This document shows positions 19,572 through 25,951 of a DNA stretch of 25,951 nt, piece after piece; positions within the stretch are counted from its first letter, which is position 1, and each line of letters opens with the position of its first letter. Source of the stretch: Novakomyces olei. Lineage: Eukaryota. The position numbers and the translations under genes are program-made. The stretch lies in NCBI GenBank assembly GCA_016906335.1, contig JADEYG010000001.1, forward strand, positions 1,736,001 through 1,761,951. The letters run 5' to 3'. A model generated the notes under the pieces. That model saw only the letters and a program-made list of their open reading frames with translations, ran no database searches and was not told where the DNA came from.

Positions 19572-21191
19572 AGAGGTTCAACATTCAGGTTAGATTGTGG
19601 CCTTTTTATCGAGATTTATGTTCCATTCGCCTGTGATTATTTGTAGTTTGTTCAAGAGTGGATTGTAGAACGTGGAGGTTTTGACGAGATCAATTTGGCC
19701 GTTTGCACGCCGTCTCACCGTATTAGTTGAAATCTTTATGGCCAAACTGTAATAGATTACATAACGTATCGAAATGTGCAAGCTCAATCGTGCAGTCATC
19801 GAAGCGATTACTAAACAAGCGCAACAAGTGTCTCATGAGCACCTTGCATTATTTACAACACGGACAACAAAAGATTTCGTCTCTTGATTTTGGTAGGCAA
19901 AGTAACGATGCCGTCTCACGCGCGCAACCTTCATGGATAAACTGTAAAACTCGTGCATAAACGAAAATATTAATAGTTTAAAAAGATGCATTCTATCGTG
20001 TTCATTGCAGACTGTCGGAAATAATCAAAATAATACTTAGGATTGATCTACGTTTAGTGATTTAAATAGAAAACTATATAAGTACAGGTAGCACCTAGAT
20101 TCAAATTTAGATGGCATTCAAGCTAATTCACTGCTTATAAAACACAACTTTCCAACACAAACTAATAGGATGCAACACGCTTTAAATACGTGCAAATAAC
20201 TGCATGGCCTCTACTCGAAACTGTAATTTGAATGTCAAATAATCCATTCATGCACACATGCTGTAATTAATTACCAAGCCCATGCTAACAAGCAATTCAT
20301 ATTTACGCGTGACAGGCAACCTTGCTTCCATTAATTTTGGATACCACAGGTTTGTTTGTGGAAGAGCGTTTTTATGAGAGGAATTCTGGTCTACAGCCAT
20401 GCTTTCAGCTGCTGTGCCCGATGAGCAGCTTTTTGTTATTGAGCAACATGGTTTGGTCGAATTGTTGGAGAGTCGGAATAGCCATAATTTAATCCTTCAT
20501 ATTGACTCAAAGCACTTGGGATGTAAGTGCATACATCACATGGCGGCTGTTTCCTGTATCAAGGTTCCAGGCACCAATGTTTTGCCTCGCGCTATGCGCA
20601 TAAGAATCGGGTATGAGATAAAAGTTGCCTTCCTTGTCCCAGCCTCATAAATCAGCCAGTCCACCTGAACAGTGGCAGGTCAAAACGATGGACGGAAGCC
20701 GGCACTCGAACGCAACCCACTCATACTTATTTCTTTCGGCTAAAGCCACATTCCAGCCAACACGCCATTCCAACAAATAATACTGTATCAGTCACGACTT
20801 CCCCTTACTTTCGACATATTTCTTGCCAGCTATCGTCGCCATGTCACCGCCACTGCCACAGCTATTTCTATATTACTCCAGCGCTCATACAGTCCCTTCG
20901 CCACTGGTGCTGCCATGCGACGGAGTTGGAATCGCCAGCAATAACTGGAATTGTGGAGGCAGGAACTCCGTCAAAAAATATTACTTGATTTCTGTCCGTT
21001 CAATACGCGAGGCTCTTGAATGCTCATGATGGGTTGTATCGCTATTGGTGAACTAATGGAATCAAAATAAAAACGCCAACAATATGCTAAACAAAATGCA
21101 ATTTAAATATGCTCAATAATATGGCATAACTATGCCAGACTTTAAAGCCTGGACGAAAATGAAAGGGTATTATACATCACTGGCCCCCGGC

Positions 21192-23893
21192 CTACTTGAC
21201 CCTTCTTGCCTTTTTCTTCGGGACTCCCTGGCCTTCATGAATTTCTTCGTCCTCCTGACCACCCTGATTCCCATGGTCTCTACGATTTTCATATTCTCTC
21301 TGGAATTTATAGCTGCCATAGGCTTCGTGGCCTCTCTGTCCCCATGGATCTCGTAACCTCAGTGACCTCCGTGGCCCTTCTGGCTTCCCTGCCTCCTGGC
21401 CTCCCTGGCTGACCTGATTGACCTGGCCTCCCTGGAGTTCACCGCCTCCTTGGACCCCCTTTCGTTGCAGATTTTCCAGCCGCTCCACTTCGCTGCTCAA
21501 TATATTGAGAATTTTGTCATACAATTCTTCACCTTGTTCGATACGTACGCCTCTTGAATCTTTCATGAACAATGCAATGCGAAGCTTTTCCATGCATCCC
21601 ATCAAAGGCTTATGGTCATTAGTGAAATTTTCCGACATTTCGCGCATAAAAATATCGGGATTCTCAACGATTTTTGATTTATACGCCGAGACCTTTGACA
21701 TACTGGCATAGTTCCAATCATCATACGGAGAATTCTGATTAATAGGCTGTCCATTTTGGAAATAGTGAGTCAAAATCCAGTAAGCCACCCAAAAGTGCGA
21801 CTCAATGTCGTGCATCATGGTATGATCTTCTCCGTCTAGTAAAGGTATCGCCATAAACGGCCTCGTTCCTGTTCTCTCCATCGCGCCTGACAGACCAGCT
21901 TGGCTGATCCTGATCGCAAACTCAAGATCAATAAGAAATGCCCGCCGAGACCCTGGATTTTCAGACCCCTCATTCATCATCAAGTTCCCGATCGAAATGT
22001 CCCGGTGCAGAATATCATTCTTCACAAGCGACCGGTGGCCCTCAAGACATCCCATTATCCCTTTCAGTAGCTCTATGTGTGAACTTGCCTTGTACAATGG
22101 CTTCCCGTAGTCCAACACAACAACTCGTCGATGGACTCGGTTTTTGATTTTCGCATCCAAAGAATCAATCTGCTTTGCTGGCGACGACTCTCCGGACCTC
22201 TCCTCCGCATTCTCCTCTATATTCCATAATGGAGATTTCGCTGACCGAGTACTGCTTCGCCGCATGTCAAGTGCTGAAGTGCCCGATCCGGTCGATCCTC
22301 TCGACCATCTTGCTCCAAGATCCGGAATTGCCTTTTTTAGAGCTCCGGTCATGTCTAATCCATTCCGCACATTGCTCATAAGATCGTCTTCCTTGCCATC
22401 AATGTGAACCACCTCATGGTGATAATATCGCGAAATATTCTCGACACCACGAGTACCCGCTAGCTTAAGCAGCTCCCCTTCTTCCCTTCGCTCCGGCTCC
22501 TGCCACGAGTCTTTGATCACTCTGACTGCGCTCTTATCCCCTTCTCGGTGCGCCAGCCATACCGTCGTGCCTCTGCACGCAATTCCGCTCGAAGTCTTCA
22601 ACACTTTGTCAATTATAAGTCGCTCACGCGTCCGCCCTAGTTTAATATCGATATATCTATCTTTCTCTCTACTGACAATTGTCGGATCGTAACCCAGCTC
22701 TTTCTCTCCCATCGTAAGGAAAAACAGCATCACGTAGACTATCAGGCCTGTTGCTTTGTTGATGTCGAATGCTTTTGATGCTATCGCCCCACATCGATCA
22801 TATTTCCACACCCTCATCGACGAGTCGCAAAGCGTAAATCCCAAAACATATCGACGGTTATCCTGCGCTCGAAATATTTCCTTTATATACTTTGCAAGGC
22901 CAAGCCATGCTTGTGCAGGGCTATCGGCCTTACGACTGCTTTTTAGCTCTCCCACAACCAAGACGTTGTTCCATTGTTTATCAGCATTTCGCTTTATGAA
23001 GAAAATGTCAGGTTTGCGTGCGAACTTTCCAGGGAGAGGTTTATTCGCCGCAGACATTGTAGTTCGCCGCACCTCTGTGCCTTTAATTCGCTTGTAAATG
23101 TTGCTTATTTGCGTTACAAAACTCTTGAGCCAATCTAGCACCGCTGCCTCCTTCGCTGATTTGGGCCAATCCTTCAATTTACCGTTTTTGAAGAGTAAGT
23201 TTTCTTGGTTTGCCTCTTTAACCACTCTCGCCGATAGTTTATTGAGCGATTTTTTCTGAGTGGACAAAATATCCTCCACCTCAAAGTTGATATAGAAAAA
23301 TTTAAGTTCAGCTTTGATTTGCTCTTCGACCTCTATTAATCGTTCGCTAGAATTGTACGCAATAGAATTAATATTGAGTGGCGTCCCAGGAGCTTGTTTT
23401 GGTGGCTCTTCCTTCGTTTGGCTTTGAGCTTGCCTTAATCGCTCGACCTTCCTTTGGCTTTCCGCTACAACATCGTTCAGTTTCTCCCAAATCTCTAAGT
23501 CGTTATCATGTTTAAATGCAGCCGTCAGGACTGGGGCAATGTCATGATAGTAAAGCCGGATATCAGAGGCAATGTCGTTAACTAGTTCACTTATAGCAGG
23601 TTGAACATCCTCCGCCACAGCACTCAACTGCGGAAGCAAGATTCTAGCCAGCCTAAAATAGTCTATAGATGTTAGGCATAAAGAAAAATCGACGAGACCC
23701 AATCGTTACCTTTTTCATGGAGCAAAAGGGCATTATACTGTCCTGAAGGGTCTCTATAGCCTGCTTTGTCAATCCGACGTAAACTTTCGTAAAAGTAATA
23801 TAAATGCGGTGTAAAGGGATTATCGTTAAGCATTCGTCGAATTCCATCGTTTATCTCGACCGCACCGGGCTCTGGCCTTAAAGGTTCCGCCAT
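21192..23893 (-). CDS. FunK1 fungal-type protein kinase with PD-(D/E)xK nuclease-like domain, 2 exons (23893-23710, 23662-21192), ~884 aa
   Basis: RKPDIF..VLVVGELK..LAKY.KEIF..Q..RRYVLGF, LGYDPT, IACRGT, IKDSW, HRDISIGN, DLE and TGTRPFMA. A 47-nt intron (GTAACG..CCTAAC..TAG, 23709-23663) joins HEK to DYFR in frame. The protein ends in PKKKARRVK. Confidence 0.9.
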
Positions 23894-23952
23894 CGCCGCT
23901 GCGGTCAAGGTGGGAACGCGACTCGAGCCAATGAATGCATGTTGGATATACA

Positions 23953-23989
23953 CTAGCTATTATTAGTAGTGACATTTCGACGAAAAGTC
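23953..23989 (-). repeat. 37-bp inverted copy of 17451-17487, upstream of kinase gene 2
   Basis: CTAGCTATTATTAGTAGTGACATTTCGACGAAAAGTC matches the reverse complement of 17451-17487 at 33 of 37 positions. Confidence 0.8.
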
Positions 23990-24062
23990 GTATTATTGCA
24001 TAGAATGCTTCTTGTTTTGTGAAAAGATATATTAAAGATTATTTCTGCCAGCATTTATAACA

Positions 24063-24100
24063 GTTAGTGTTAGGGTTATGTAACTAACCCTAACCCTAAC
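24063..24100. repeat. Head-to-head interstitial telomere tract (G-strand then C-strand)
   Basis: GTTAGTGTTAGGGTTA-TG-TAACTAACCCTAACCCTAAC. Confidence 0.8.
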
Positions 24101-24113
24101 TTATTCTGGCTTA

Positions 24114-24412
24114 CTAGATATATTCAAACCGGAATTATGGCGAAATTCCATTTTTATGTAATGTGATTCTTATTATGTATAATTCTAGTCAGGGTTTTCG
24201 CTTTTCCTTTACGCCATAATTCCATTTCGAAAAATAATTAATGTATGAGGGGGGGGTCATGCCAATTTCCTTAGCATTCCCGCGAATTATGGCGTAATTC
24301 TAATAAGAATGGTAGGAGAAACGTGGAGGCAGGGTTTTTTAGGGAGAATTTTCCGACTAAATTCCAAATTATAATATGGGAAATTGCGCGGGAATGCTAA
24401 GGAAATTGGCAT
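24114..24412 (+). repeat. Subtelomeric double-hairpin element, telomere-proximal copy B
   Basis: Stems are 24131-24142/24212-24223 (12/12) and 24259-24284/24387-24412 (26/26). Both loops contain AGGGTTTT. Confidence 0.85.
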
Positions 24413-24844
24413 AAACGGGGGTAAGAACGACGTAAGAGCAAAAATAGTTTCCGCCTTAATTCCAAAACATTGGCAAACGATATTGCGGCGAGGGTAGGGT
24501 TGCTGAATTTATAAAATATAATTATTATACAAGATGGTCTACACATATTATAGCTATCTGATAATATAATAAAAATATTATAGAGAGAGCCCCATAGTAA
24601 TAAAGTATAATAAGAAAAACGTCAGAAAAATAAGAAAAATTAAGAGTGTGTAGTCCATGTGTAGAGGTGACAAAACGTCGAATGAACAAGTGTTTTTACA
24701 AAAAGTGTATGGTTGGATAGAGGGGTGCAGTAGGAGTGTAAATATATACTTGTTTACAAGATTGGATTAGTAATTATGGAGATATATGGGTTTAAAGATT
24801 TATAAAAAGCTCATGACGGCGCAGGATGCATTTTATGTGGCATT

Positions 24845-25492
24845 ATAATAATGTATAGTAGAATAATTTATTGTAAAGCAATGTATGTATAATAATGTAT
24901 AGTATAATAATGTATGGTAATTTAATGTATAGGAATAATGTATGTATAATAATGTATGGTATAATAATGTATGGTATAATAATGTATTGTAAAGTAATGT
25001 ATGTATAATAATGTATGGAGGAATAATGTATGGAGGAATAATGTATGTATAATAATGTGTGGTATAATAATATATAGTAAAATAATGTATTGTAAAGTAA
25101 TGTATGTATAATAATATATGGTAGAATAATGTATGGAGGAATAATGTATGGTAAAGTAATGTATGTATAATAATGTATGGTAGAATAATATATGGCATTA
25201 TAATGTATGGTATAATAATATATGGCATTATAATGTATGGTATTATAATATATGGTAGAATAATGTATGGTAGAATAATGTATGGAGGAATAATGTATGG
25301 AGGAATAATGTATGGATGAATAATGTATGGATGAATAATGTATAGAGGAATAATGTATGGTAAATTAATGTATGGGCATTAATGTATGGAGGAATAATGT
25401 ATGGATGAATAATGTATGGATGAATAATGTATAGAGGAATAATGTATGGTAAATTAATGTATGGGCATTAATGTATGGGGGCATAATGTATG
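24845..25492 (+). repeat. Telomere-associated satellite with TAATGTATG(G) core, ~11-15 bp variable units
   Basis: Dozens of tandem units such as TAATGTATGGAGGAA, TAATGTATGGTAGAA and TAATGTATGTATAA. Confidence 0.95.
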
Positions 25493-25832
25493 AGATTTGT
25501 TCAGTTAGGGTTAGGGGTAATTATTGGGATAATGTATGTGGTATTATAATGTATGAGGAAGTTGTTTTATTAGGGTTAGGGTTGTTTATCAGGGAGTGGA
25601 GTAGAGAAATTTGTTGAGATTGTTGGATAAAGAAAAGGATGGAGAGAGTTGGAGTTGAGATGGGAAATAGAAGTAGAAAATGGGAATAGATTTATGTAGA
25701 TTTTGGCAAAAAAAGGTTGAAAAAGGAGAGTAATTGAAAGAAAGATTGTGATAATATTGTATAGTATGATATAGAGTTGTATGTTAGATTATAAAGGGAT
25801 CAAGCAGGGTTAAGGATATAAAAGATAAAAAA

Positions 25833-25951
25833 GGGTTAGTTAGGGTTAGTTAGGGTTAGTTAGGGTTAGTTAGGGTTAGTTAGGGTTAGTTAGGGTTAGT
25901 TAGGGTTAGGGTTAGTTAGGTTAGGGTTAGTTAGGGTTAGTTAGGGTTAGT
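25833..25951 (+). repeat. Telomere, mainly (GGGTTAGTTA)n = TTAGTTAGGG, with occasional TTAGGG and TTAGTTAGG variants
   Basis: A tandem array running to the last base, with the G-rich strand oriented 5'->3' toward the end. Confidence 0.96.

Noticed and set aside
24114-24412. Hairpin element as telomerase RNA
   Set aside because: It is multi-copy and contains no segment complementary to a full TTAGTTAGGG repeat.
24833-25228. 131-aa Tyr/His/Ile-rich ORF on the minus strand
   Set aside because: It is simply a translation of the TAATGTATG satellite.

Overview
This is the right end of a fungal chromosome, probably an ascomycete. The evidence is short 43-52 nt GT-AG introns, fungal gene families, and a terminal G-strand telomere built mainly from a 10-bp TTAGTTAGGG repeat. 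The proximal part (1-7.8 kb) is metabolic and cell-surface: a truncated SDR, a cytosolic GH127 beta-L-arabinofuranosidase divergent from an amino-acid permease across a GATA-rich promoter, and a secreted Cys-rich PIR/But2-like protein. The distal ~17 kb looks like two successive subtelomeric modules, each with an HNH-nuclease gene, a PD-(D/E)xK-type nuclease + FunK1 kinase gene, and a ~300-bp double-hairpin element. An amidohydrolase-2 decarboxylase lies in the first module and an orphan ORF in the second. Three signals stand out: (i) the two hairpin-element copies differ by changes compensated on both arms of each stem; (ii) the HNH/nuclease-kinase pairing occurs twice, and a palindromic upstream motif is shared by the second pair; (iii) the GH127-permease pair may scavenge arabinosyl-hydroxyproline. 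Family assignments come from motif recognition only; no searches were run.
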